Assembly (NCBI GenBank): GCA_047495785.1
Contig: JBLDXI010000009.1
Location: 2,914,001-2,978,000 of the forward strand
From: Lepidodermella squamata
Lineage: Eukaryota; Animalia; Gastrotricha
DNA: 64,000 nt
Direction: 5' to 3'
Below the pieces are notes generated by a model, which was given only the letters and a program-made list of their open reading frames with translations, made no database searches and was not told the DNA's origin. Below are positions 20,826-31,834 of this stretch, piece by piece. A program made the translations under genes and the position numbers. The stretch's first letter is position 1. Every line of letters begins with the position of its first letter.

Positions 20826-20999
20826 CGATTACCATGTGCTGGTTACTTGTTTGTAGCGAATATTGTAGTAAAGAATCAATGCTTGTTTGACTCGTTGAGT
20901 TGCCTTTTTGAACCTGAGGTTCTTTTTCCGATTTGGGCGATAAATGTCAATTCTAGCGTGTTGCGCCGTAATTGTTTTGTGATTGGGGTGGTTTCGCTA

Positions 21000-21012
21000 A
21001 CCGCTGCCACCA
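21000..21012 (-). promoter_or_regulatory. Primer binding site, tRNA-Leu-like
   Basis: TGGTGGCAGCGGT, 5 nt inside the 5' LTR; complementary to the ACCGCTGCCA-CCA 3' end typical of eukaryotic tRNA-Leu(AAG/TAG). Confidence 0.8.
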
Positions 21013-21017
21013 GAATA

Positions 21018-21670
21018 TGTCACACCTATCTATTAGAACAGAGTTATATCAAACCAGTAGCTTGATCAACTCGAATAACAGATAGAGAATTAATTCTGGT
21101 ATTTGATATTTTATTGCGACACTTGTTCGGTGACACAGGGCAGAAGTCTTCGGATGACTTCGTCGACAGTTAGTAGCACACGTAATTCTAGTGTCATAAA
21201 CTAATCAAAGCTCGTGAGCTGTTAGCTTTGCTAGTTCTAGTGGTCTGCTAGTTAAGCTTGTTAGTTAGTTGATACAGAATGAGAAACATGGAGTTTATAT
21301 AGGCTCATGCTACTGCGTCATTGGAATATTGCCAAGATCCATCATAGTACTTTCTATAGATGATTCATATTTATTAAGTCGAAGCTATGATGAGTCATAA
21401 TTATTATGACGTATCGATTGCATCATGGAGATGAGTCATTATTCCTATTGCGTATTGATTGCGCATTATCTTTGAATCGATTGCTGATCGATTTCCTATT
21501 GCGTATTTCGAGATTGCTGATGCGTAGTTACGAATTATTGTTGCGTACGGAGGTGCGTCGTAACTCATTTCTGATGTTCGAGCGTTGGTGGCTTGAAACC
21601 GGTAGCTGGTATTGAAAATATGAATAAACCTTTTGAAACGTATTGGTGTTGAGTGTTTAATCCGATGACA
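21018..21670 (-). repeat. 5' LTR (promoter)
   Basis: TATATAAA at 21301-21294 on the minus strand; two ATGAGTCAT AP-1-type sites in U3. Confidence 0.95.
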
Positions 21671-22248
21671 GCAGGTTCGACATTCACATGGGTGAACGGC
21701 ATAATGGCGTAACGACGACGTCCAGTAGTGGTGAACGGGGAACCGCCGCTGAGAGGGCCAGCGGTGGGGCTGCGAAGGTGGTGCGCAGTCGTGGAGTTAG
21801 TGCCGCCAAAAAAATTGTAGTAAAAAATGTAAAAAATAAGGCGGGTACTAATAAGGTAGCCGGAGTGGGGAAAAATGGGCGATCGTCCAGTGAGCCTTTG
21901 TCGACCGCAATCAGTATCCCTACAAGCAGTCAGTCGTTGCAACGAACTGAACCCCCGGGAAGCTATGAAGGCCCGGTGACTCGGTCGAGGCGCTTGTTAG
22001 TACAGGTGCCAGAGCTGGGTCCTGGTCTGAGTAGTGGAACGGACATCACGCACGGGCACCTTTCAACGCAGGCGATTATCGAGCAACCTTCGGGACGCTC
22101 TCTCAGGTCGACTGCAGGTGTCAGTGCAAACAGGAAAGCAGCAGTTTTGATGGGCACTCGGCACCCATCGAGGCTGGACGGTGATTAGTATCATTGATTG
22201 GTGGACAACTGGCTCCGTTGGCTGGTTTCAGCTAGATGCTACCACCCA

Positions 22249-22685
22249 CACCTACAATATATGACGCTTCGAGCGATATCAACTTTCGAATTAAAAATGT
22301 TTCCTGTCAATCATACTATCAAGATATTTGGATAGGAGCTATAGCAGCTATTAATTTTGTCTTGTTAGCTTTCGCAACATTCTCGTCTTACGAAATCCGC
22401 AAAATAGTTCCTCCGCTAGAAATAAGCTCCGAGTTGCGGGCAACTAAATTTGCATCGATAAATCAGTTGACGTTGCTTGTTTTCTTCACCCTCCTTATTG
22501 TTATGTTGCCATCTGGAATTTACGAAATTCTGGCAATAATTATTGGATGCGCGGCTTACGGCAGCTCGACGGCTTCAATTTGCTGGCATTCAACATTGGA
22601 AACGACGCCTTCAAACGAGATTGCTCCCCTCGCTGGGACAGCGACTAATTTTGCTCTTCGCACGGAAGTGAGTCATCAAGCGTAA
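22249..22685 (+). pseudogene. GPCR1 pseudogene copy, right part
   Basis: PTIYDASSDINF...SHQA, nearly identical to the GPCR1 C-terminus; downstream intergenic DNA also matches 8041-8420. Confidence 0.85.
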
Positions 22686-23086
22686 TGTCTTGTGTTTTAC
22701 GAAGTAAAAAATTGCTATTTGAAACCTAGATTGCGTGTTGCTATACACCTGAATGCCATGGATTAGGAAAAAAGACGAATTATGAACGGTTATCACCGCA
22801 AAAGAAATTGGCCGTAAAAATCCTGACAAGGTCCTGAATGAAAAGGCTTGGAAATCTCAGCCTATTATGAGGTTAAAACCGAGTGGTGCTCATGGAGAAA
22901 GAACAGAAAATCAATAAAGAGTCTTTAGTCATAGTTAAAGAAATATAAGGACTGCGTCTATTAACCTCCAATTAGTGATTGGGGGCGACTGTGCTATCTG
23001 TAATGAACTAATTACGCATTCAGTTCGGCTTAGGTGGTCGAATATAAAGCCTGAGATTGAACGAGATTACAAGGAATATTCTCAAA

Positions 23087-23225
23087 ATGAATTACACCTT
23101 GCTTTGCCTGTTGTAGCCGTTTTTACGCCCATCTTGCTTTTCATGCAACAAATCGGCTTCTGGAACCAGGTTGCAGGTCGCAATCCTAACATTTGCCGGC
23201 AACCAGAACGAATGTACTGTAGCAA
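23087..23225 (+). pseudogene. Degenerate 5' remnant of a GPCR2 copy
   Basis: Matches 8422-8460, then jumps to about 8890-8985 (internal deletion, indels). Confidence 0.7.
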
Positions 23226-23368
23226 CTAAATTTTACCGGGAAATTGAAGCTTGATGAGGACAACGCCAGCATAATTTTCGTCGTCGATTTCCATAAGCAA
23301 AACCAGAAAATTTCAATGCCATAATTAACATGTATTCCCCATGAAATAAAATAAGGCTGAAAATAGTA

Positions 23369-23860
23369 CAGCAGCGTGCCCCTTAAGTTGCGCAATAATT
23401 ATTTAAATTCGCAACCTTATGCACTCACTCTTTCCCCTCATTTCTTTTTGAATTAATAATACCGGGAGAATCTTCCATCATTTATCAACGATTTTATTGA
23501 AGAAATATAGAATTGTCCTCAAAAATAAAGGCCGAGTAGCTTGGCCAATTCGATATTTTGCGGTATAACATTCGTAAATCGTTCATATAAACTTCGATGT
23601 AAACTTTTTACTCATGTTATACCATACAAATATAAATTCGCCAGAGAACTCCCGTAAAACCCCGATGGTAACTGGTTCGGTAATTTTCCGTTTTTTCCCT
23701 AGTTGAATTTCTCCGGATTTTTTAAATCCTATTATTGCCAAGTGAAATGCTTAATTGTTGTTCTTGCGGCATTTTTAATTTTCTAAGGCCTCTCATTTTA
23801 GAGTTTTTGATTCCTTTTCCGAGTATTTTCTTTGCTTGCGTTACTCATGGGACTGCGCAG
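23369..23860. mobile_element. Degenerate Tc1/mariner-like MITE, related to 57184-57441
   Basis: Imperfect TIRs (CAGCAGCGTGCCCCTTAAGTTGCGCAA / TTGCGTTACTCATGGGAC...) and shared internal AACTGGTTCGGTAATTTT. Confidence 0.55.
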
Positions 23861-24269
23861 TCATTATTTTGAGAAAAATTGATTAAAAACTCCGTGGGCA
23901 AATTTGAACCAAAATATCACGTGTCGTCGGGACTTCGAGGTGTAGTATATCGCTGAGCTTCGCTCATGACGTCTACCGACGACTTCTGGACAATCAAAAT
24001 GAAAGGTTTTTCATTGCAACACAGGAGCCGCCGCATGTAGAGACTACTAGAAACTAGAATTATGTGGCATCTGGTGTATAGCGAATATCTGGCTGGCTGA
24101 AAAAATCTAAAAGGTGGTTTGATTGAATGAGTTTACAAGTCCATTAGCCTAAATTATTCGGGCGCTTGAGACAATGCTCAGTCGGAATTTAGAGCGGGCG
24201 GCGAACGTAGTGCGTTATCCCATTCAGAAGATTTTTGTGTTTACTCATATCAAAGACAGATTTCATGAA

Positions 24270-26659
24270 ATGATTGCTGAGCTCATTTTCTTGTTCATAG
24301 CTCTGAGTCATCAAAACGAAGCCCAGTCAACGTTGCGATGGCCAACAAGTGTAAAAAAGCCATACAAACTGGCGATTCTATTCAACACTGTAGTGACTGG
24401 ATCCGAGCCCAACACGGCTGTTGATTGCCGAAATGGCGCTCTCGTCGCCGCCGCTCACGCCAATAATCGTACGGACATTCTCCCCGACTACAGCCTAGAC
24501 TATTCAATCTACGACGAGGAAGTTGGCGGACGTCGGGCACCGACTAACTTTTGGCGATTCTACCGCAAGTACGAGAATGGCAGTGACCCTAACATGTTCA
24601 TGTCCCCACTAGCGATTGGCCCGACTTCGTCAAATGGATGCCAAAGCTTGGGCTATTTCATGCATCACGTCAACTTTTTCGCCATAGCAACAACTTGCTC
24701 TGCCACTGTTTTGTCCCGAAACCGGGAGCGATTTCCTAATCTGCTCCTTACTTTGGTAACAGCCCACCCGCTGAATTATGGCTATGTAAGGTTCATCAAA
24801 GAGGTCGGCAAATGGAATAAAATTGCTATTCTCACATCGGCCACGAGTGTTTTGAGCTACAATTCGGCTCTACATTTGCAAGGCGTTGCTGAGAGTCAGA
24901 AAATCGACGTGGTTTGGTTCAACTCCATCATTGAATTCGACCACGAAACTGCCCTTTCTTTGAAATCAAGTGGTGCTAGAGTCGTGGTTTTGATCGTCTC
25001 ATCAATCGACGACGTAGCTTCGTTTTTCTGTCTCGCCTATCAGGTCGGCATGTACGGGCCCAGGTTTATGTTTATGACATACGACTCGAGCTTCATAGAC
25101 TATAGAACTGCGCCAGAGAGAGTTCTGAAAGGCTGCTCCAGGAAGGTTCTTGCGTCTCAAATGTCGCGAACGCTTTGGTTCGCAAACTACGATTGCCACT
25201 CTCAACCGACCATGAAAACGTCGATTGGCTACAACCGACCTGAATTCGATGAAATCTTCGACTATTTCACTAATAAATCCCGAGATTTCGACTACCAGTA
25301 CCGTTTGGTAAGTCTTATGTAATGATTTTACTTCCGTTTGAAACCTCATTTCACTTACAGGTATGCCATGATGCAGCAATGAATGCAATTCTGACTTTGG
25401 ATAGAGCTGAGAAAGCTTTGAAAAGTCAAAACTTAACTCTGCGTCAATTCCATCAGTTCCCAAAAGAGGTCGGCTCTGAAGTAGCAAAAGCAGCTCTTAC
25501 ATCAAGCTACAGCGGACTTCGCACACCACAAGCATACTACGACTATCGCGGCGAATTGGCTGGCGTTCCTAGTTTTATGGTACATTGGACCCCTGATAAA
25601 GGTTTCACCAAGGTCATCGAAATCATTCAACTAGACGGAGCACCCAAATACGACTATAGCAGCTACAGGTTGAATCTAATGGAAAAGATTCCCTGGTTAA
25701 CCCCAGGCGGTACACCTCCGCGAGATGCTCAGCGAATTTCAACCATCCGCATTGAGCCAAGTTACGAGGCCTTGGTCCTCGTCTCATCATTCGCAGCTCT
25801 GCTGACTTCGGCTCAAATCTGGTACTTGATTGATGCTCTCAAACAGGTAAAACGCAATTCCTCGTTATCACGAATGCCGAAGCTGAAATTCATCAGCGTT
25901 ATCGGGTGTTTTCTACTCAATGGATGCAGCGTGACATTCGCCCTTCAAAATGGCTCATCGGGTCCTTACCCTGTATGGATTGTAAGAATCGTGTTGTTGG
26001 TTAGCTCTTTAGCCCTAATCGTTTCTAGCATCGCTTTTAGAATGCTAGCGAATTATAAGGCTATAAAAGAGACACTGAGGGATTTTACCATTTCGCTAAC
26101 TAACTCAGGACAAATTTCTGTCATAACTGAGAATAAGCTACGTCAAATAACTGTATCATCCTACACCTATGCCTATTTTGAAAGACAAGCTTTGAAATTC
26201 GTAGCCGCTTTCGCTTTCGTCAATATCGTCATCCTAGCTATTTGGCTTTCGCTAGATCCACTGCAGTGTTCACTAGTCCGACCATTCCCGGCAGAAATCG
26301 ATGATGCCTCTGACACCATGCTGATTTATCTTGAGCACCGTTGCTCATCCAATATTGGCTGGTTGTTCGGACTGACTTGTCTCAACATAGCTTCACTTCT
26401 CTTCGCGTGCTTTCTTGCTTTCAAGCTTCGCCAAACGAAATGGCACAAAGGCTTTGTCAATTTCTCATCCCACACTGTTGGTTTGATTCTTGTTACCTCC
26501 TTACTCATGGCTGCCATTTTGATTCTTCTGCTATTGCAAGGCGTTGTTCAACAGCAGAAGGCTGTGGCAGTGTTGGGCATACTAATTTCTGGCTTGTTCA
26601 GCTCGTCTCAAAATATTGATGTCTTGAAGAAGGGCTTGAAGAAACGAATTTGGGCGTAA
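24270..26659 (+). CDS. Class C GPCR, GABA-B-like paralog 3 (one intron, 25308-25360)
   Basis: Signal peptide MIAELIFLFIAL, VFT (NNRTDILPDY, NRERFPN), a 53-nt GT-AG intron joining YQYRL to VCHDA, 7TM with WLSLDPL. Confidence 0.85.
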
Positions 26660-27126
26660 TCGATCATTAGCAGGTACAACAAAGCTACCCCGAATTTTGA
26701 CCATTCGGCTAGCTCAATTACTCGATGATAAAGTGCTTCATTCGATTTGCCGGGATTAAGGATCAACTGAACTTATTTCAATCAAAAACGATTGAACGAT
26801 CATAGTTTCTTACTTTGCACATTCATCTTTATTTAACGCTGAGGGATGCCGCGAGGCTGTCTATCAGTACTATCGTGGATAAAAGGCCGATAAATTATCT
26901 CAGTGATAAATTTTGTTGAAAGTATTTTTCCACTTACTGTATTGTTTTGATGATACTTCGTTTTTGTCCCTATTATTCTCTGTTACGGCTATAATGAATC
27001 CGGTCTATATAACTTTGTTGTTTTCTCCTACTACACCTTTCTTGTCCTAACTGAATCTGTTCCGCAATTATATGTTGTTTTCCCTAACATTGTCGAGCTG
27101 CCCTCTCTTGGGTGTAACAGCTGTAA

Positions 27127-27155
27127 AATAATAAATAAATAAATAAATAAATAAA
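27127..27155 (+). repeat. (TAAA)n tract, possibly the 3' tail of a truncated LINE/SINE
   Basis: AATAATAAATAAATAAATAAATAAATAAA after a T-rich 3'UTR-like stretch; no TSD found. Confidence 0.4.
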
Positions 27156-27627
27156 CACTCCACTCGTGTGGTAATAAAATTGATGTCAGACAGCATCTTC
27201 TGACGCATATGCCTGTAAATGTGTTTGCCAAATTTGGGCAGCGCAACATCTGAGCGTGAACTCGAACACTCGGCAGCTGGTCAAACTTGGGAAGGCAACT
27301 AAATCACGCCAGAGATCGAATGTAAAACACCTATCATCATTTAATACCCGTCTGGTCAGCCTAAGGTGCCGTTTGAAAAACAGGCGGCCGAATTAGACGG
27401 CGCGGAAAATGAGTAATGCCGCCTGATTCGGCCGGCTGATTTGGTGCTTGGAATTGGTTAACGCCTTATAAGGAAAATTAGTCGGCTTCAGCGGGCATGA
27501 TCCTATAAATATCTTCATCAAGTTTTGAGTAATTAATCTACTTCATTATCCCGCCGCGAATATTCGCGATTTAAAACTTGTTCCACGTGGCTTCCACGGC
27601 TACGTCTGGCGGTCCTTGGGTTGTAGA

Positions 27628-28609
27628 CATAGACATAATATCAGTATAGACTGTCTACTCACGATAAAGGGGGTGTAACGCCATGGGCGCCAGATGGCCT
27701 GCTGATTCATCAATTTCTTGGAGGCCAACAATCGGAAATATTCGATTCTTTTCTTCTTGGTTCCAGGACCATTTTAATTTTTTCGAACGATTGGTTGACG
27801 GTCTCAAATAGTTTAAATTACGCTGAACACATCTGTTATTTTTTCGAATTTTTCACAGCTTAGTAACTTGATCTAATCTTGAAAAAATGAACTCGGCGTT
27901 TCATAAAAAAGCAATTAATTCCATTATTTAGGTCGAAATTGAAACAGTTTTTGCATGGTGCAAATAGGTTAAAATGAGATCCACACTTTGATACTTGGAG
28001 CGATCTTGGATAATTTTTTACTGATTTTCTGGGAATTTTAAAGAATTCAGCCCAGAAAAAACAATGCAAAAATAACTGAGGATTCTATCCTGAACCTTTG
28101 TGTGAGCACGTGTGATGGAAGCACATGGCGCAGTTGGAAATAATCCAGCGCAGGGTCAATCTTGAAAATCAATGCAAATACCACTGCCGGAGATTTTCGA
28201 AATTTCCAGAAAATCAGGTAAAAATTATCCAAGATCGCTCCAAGTATCAAAAGGTAGCTCTTGCTATGAAGAGTCTATTTTCCTCAAAAAGTCGTTCAAT
28301 TCAACTTTTTTTGAAGCTGTTGTCATGGGTTATTTCCGAATGCAAAATCATATTTCCTCATTTTTGATCGGTTACTTCATTTTTAAAATTGAGGAAAAAA
28401 TATCACCGTGTTCCTCTTGACGAGATCTATCAGATGGCATTTGGTTCTTCCTAATGCCACCTTTCATCGCCAAGAAATCAATGGAGGAAATTTTGAAATT
28501 TCCCATTTTTGGCCTCCAAGAAATTGATGAATCAGCAGGCCATCTGGTGCCCATGGCGTTACACCCATTTTCTCGTGAGTAGACAGTCTATACTGATATT
28601 ATGTCTATG
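27628..28609. mobile_element. Non-autonomous DNA transposon (P-element- or hAT-like MITE)
   Basis: About 115-bp TIRs starting CATAGACATAATATCAGTATAGAC; 8-bp TSD GTTGTAGA/GTTGTAGG; second inner inverted pair at about 27986-28045/28195-28252. Confidence 0.85.
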
Positions 28610-29140
28610 GTTGTAGGTCAACCGAGTGCAGTCTTAGTAGCGCAACAAGCTCCTACTACTCAATATATCCCCCGGTTAGGAACGCCTAGCCGGAGACAGT
28701 TCCAGCGGCTAAAGAAGAAGCTCCTCCTCCCCCGGCTGAGGAACGCCCCCTCCTCCGCCAGGCGTAGTCCCACATTTTCAATGCTTGTTTGCACTACTTC
28801 TGGTAAAAAATATCATTATGAATCATTATTTTTCCAGCAATTTCTATGAAATAGATGATTGTATAGCTGGGTACTAGACAGGTTGCTTTTTGATGTCTTC
28901 GGACTTTGTTTTCTCGATGGAAGGCTACCAAAGTTCGAGCTGGTGATTCACCAACTTTTCGGTACGGAAATCCTAAAATAATAATGTTTGTATAATTGTG
29001 GTGAATTTTCAGACCAAGTTGATCCCCGCCCACTTTGTCCCCATTGGTGTCAGCGTGTACTATCAGGCGTATCAGCCGCGGAGCCTCGGCTGTCATCATT
29101 GGATAATTGATCCTCCTCGGGGTACCTCGCCTGGTTACCT

Positions 29141-29335
29141 CGCCTAAGAGATGCGGGATCAGCCAGCGGTAATTTACTGTTACTGAGTTACTGAGCACGC
29201 GCCTGAATGCTATCAACACGGCGACGTTATTAACATTGCTAGCTGTATTGTATTTCACCATGGTTTGAGCAATCTGATCGTGTTAATTTTCGTGGGTCAG
29301 TTGTACGCTGTGGCAACATCATTTTTGTTGTATGA
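29141..29335 (+). pseudogene. 3' remnant of a GPCR2 copy
   Basis: Matches 10470-10674 with indels; homology continues through the shared 3' intergenic region into the MINPP 3' end. Confidence 0.75.
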
Positions 29336-29428
29336 TACAAGAAACAGAGCGAAACAAGCTCATAGCCATTTATTCTTAACAATAAAAATAAGGTTCAAAG
29401 TTCAAAATATTGATTCAATATTTTATGA

Positions 29429-31028
29429 TTAGATATTATAGTAAATTGCAGCTGTGAAAATTAAGATTAATTTATGGATATAATTGATGTTTCCCGAGGA
29501 TACGTCTCCTTTCTGAGTAGTTTGGTGTGAACTGCCGCCGCTCAACGAGCAGATTTCGTCGAAATCACAGTTTGCCTGAGTCAGAAGAGGGTAAGCGGCT
29601 CTAACTGTTGCGACAGGACACGCCAACTTGAATGGACAAGCTTTGGGCAGAGTTTCGGCACGTCCATTAACAAACAGCAGAACCATTTTATCATTAGGCG
29701 CTTCATCGTCTGGGCAGTAATACTGAAAAATTGGACTCGTTATGAATGCTGAAGTAGAATAGAAAAGTACTCACGAATAGAAACATGATATTAGATGCCA
29801 TTCTGCCGATTTCTGACGTATCAAACTTCCGATTGTTGAAAAAGTACCTCGAAGCGTCAGCGACGAATCCTTGATCAGGGTCGCGGAATAGTCCAAGAGC
29901 AGCATAGATTGGCAGAACGATTTCGAGATGAGAGAACCCGAATATGCTGTCGACGAATTTTCCTTGTTTCGCCTCTTCAAAGGCCAGTCTAGCAGATTCG
30001 AACATATCTCCAGTAAGGACGCAACTCATGTCTCGAGTAACGCCATTGGGACTGTAAGCTTTCTGCCAGAATTGCTCGAGATCGTCGGAGAATTCCAAAT
30101 ACGCAAGATCGTCGTGATCAAACAACGGTAAGAAAACGCTCGAATTTAGGTTGAGCATCTCAAACGCTGTCATCTCATAGAGTGCGGTTACGTCCTCTGA
30201 TGAAACATAATAATTTATTATGAAATGATTAAAGAGGAAAAACACTCACTCCAGCTTAAGACTTCATCGCTGAGACCAAGCTTATCCTTATTAATTTTCC
30301 GTACGATTCTGGACGCTTCTTTCGTGGATTTCGCCTTCTGCCTTTCCGTTTTCGTGTCTTTGGGCTTGAGAACCTTCGAAAGGTAGCTAGGACATTTCTT
30401 GTGGAAATAGTAAAGTCTATCGTCGATGTTGATAGTCTCGTCGGCAATACCAGATTTGCCCGACACAGCCGCCAGTTCGTTCTTGAAAGACTCGCCACTC
30501 TCTCGAGCTCGGCTGACATTCGAAGACTCGAAGCGGAACGAGGCAGATTTAGCAAAAACAGGATTAACTTTCAGCAAGTTATAGAAATTTCGAGCGATGA
30601 ATCGATGCTCGTTTTTGCCACGTTCAATAAGCTCTTTCGCCACGGGCAGCTGGTTCCGCCAATTCCTGATAGCCGTAAGCTGTTCTTCCGTAATTTCTCT
30701 GTTATTTTCAGGGATTTGTTTCGATAGTGCCTTGTTGAGGTCTTTAATCGCTGATTGAACATCTGTTACTTTATCCTCGCCGTATGTCCTCGAGCCGTGG
30801 CGAGCAACAGACCTGACCTTTAGAAACACAATTCTTTGAATTGAATGAAACTGAGACATAGGTTATATTAATTACGTGAATCAATTGACATGTTTTAGAT
30901 AGCTGGGCGTCTTTAATTGCGCTTTCCCAGTCAGTATATCGTAAATCGTATGGAGTTTTGCTGCCGAAGAGGTTTGCAGCGCTTGCTAGGTGTATAACGA
31001 AGAGAATCGGCAAAAGCGTAGCAAGCAT
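29429..31028 (-). CDS. MINPP1: Multiple inositol polyphosphate phosphatase-like histidine acid phosphatase, spliced
   Basis: Signal peptide, FGSKTPY, RHGSR catalytic motif, SNVSRARES, FGFSHLE proton-donor motif, hydrophobic C-terminus. Confidence 0.85.
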
Positions 31029-31834
31029 CTTCACTGTAGAGTGAGAAAAGGCGGTATAAGCCCGAGTTCGTGTTGTTTTTCCTCTCCCCATCAGCTTATT
31101 ACAGCCATGTTGTTGTGTGCTCGGCATCTGATTTGTTGGTCTAATACTCGCTGGTGAAAATAATGACCCATCACACGCCATTAAACACGCTTATATTGTT
31201 GTGCTTCTTGGGAAAAACATCGAGCAGTGATGTGGTTCTGACAGTATACAGGCTAATATTACCAGCGATAAATCAGCAATGGCGAACAACGCGTCTGAGG
31301 CTTGCTTGATCTCTCAAATTATCTTGTTCCAATAACAGCTGCCTCTCTTCGTCAATACAGAAATGAAATGGCGGGCGATGCCCTTCGACGTAGGTGGAAC
31401 AGAGAATAATGCCATCAAAATTATTTTGCTGGAAAAAAACAAACATCAACTTCCCGGATTCTGTCTGCATTTTTTTTTAATATTGTCGAGTATCCTCTCT
31501 TGCACGCTCATTCCTGCGTTATTTGCTTTCATCCAAATAAATTCTCTTGAATAAAATATTAGCTATTTTGTTGCACGTAGTCAGACGACACATTTACTAT
31601 TATAAATGAATGCGAAAAACAATTTGCGAAGTACAAGAGAGGTAAACAAGCGGAGTAAGAAGATGATAAATGCGCCTCTTTTTGATGCTATTGCCTTGCG
31701 ATCGACATTACTTCATGTCAATGGCGCAGCGATGCATCCATTTGTTTTCACCTCGCGTGTGAACTAATTTACGTCACAGAGACGGCCGAAAAAACAGCTA
31801 GAGATATTTCTCTTTAAAACTGTAGCACTCCACC

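Larger units (their letters stand above)
11654..21670 (-). mobile_element. Full-length Ty3/Gypsy LTR retrotransposon (10,017 bp) with 3' accessory ORF cassette
   Basis: Two 653-bp TGTCA...TGACA LTRs, 4-bp TSD GCAG (11650-11653, 21671-21674), PBS, PPT-like tract, intact gag and PR-RT-RH-IN pol. Confidence 0.97.
11604..22248 (+). mobile_element. 5'-truncated retroposed fragment (probable non-LTR element 3' end) of 624 nt, split by the Gypsy element (11604-11653 + 21675-22248)
   Basis: Flanked by the 14-bp direct repeat CACCTACAATATAT (11590-11603, 22249-22262). The rejoined sequence reads YKFQCEHCDKSFATRGRFDIHMGERH (C2H2 finger) and is open to TAG at 22188. Confidence 0.7.

Noticed and set aside
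28794-29261. 155-aa minus-strand ORF
   Set aside because: Partly antisense to the GPCR2 pseudogene remnant; no motifs.
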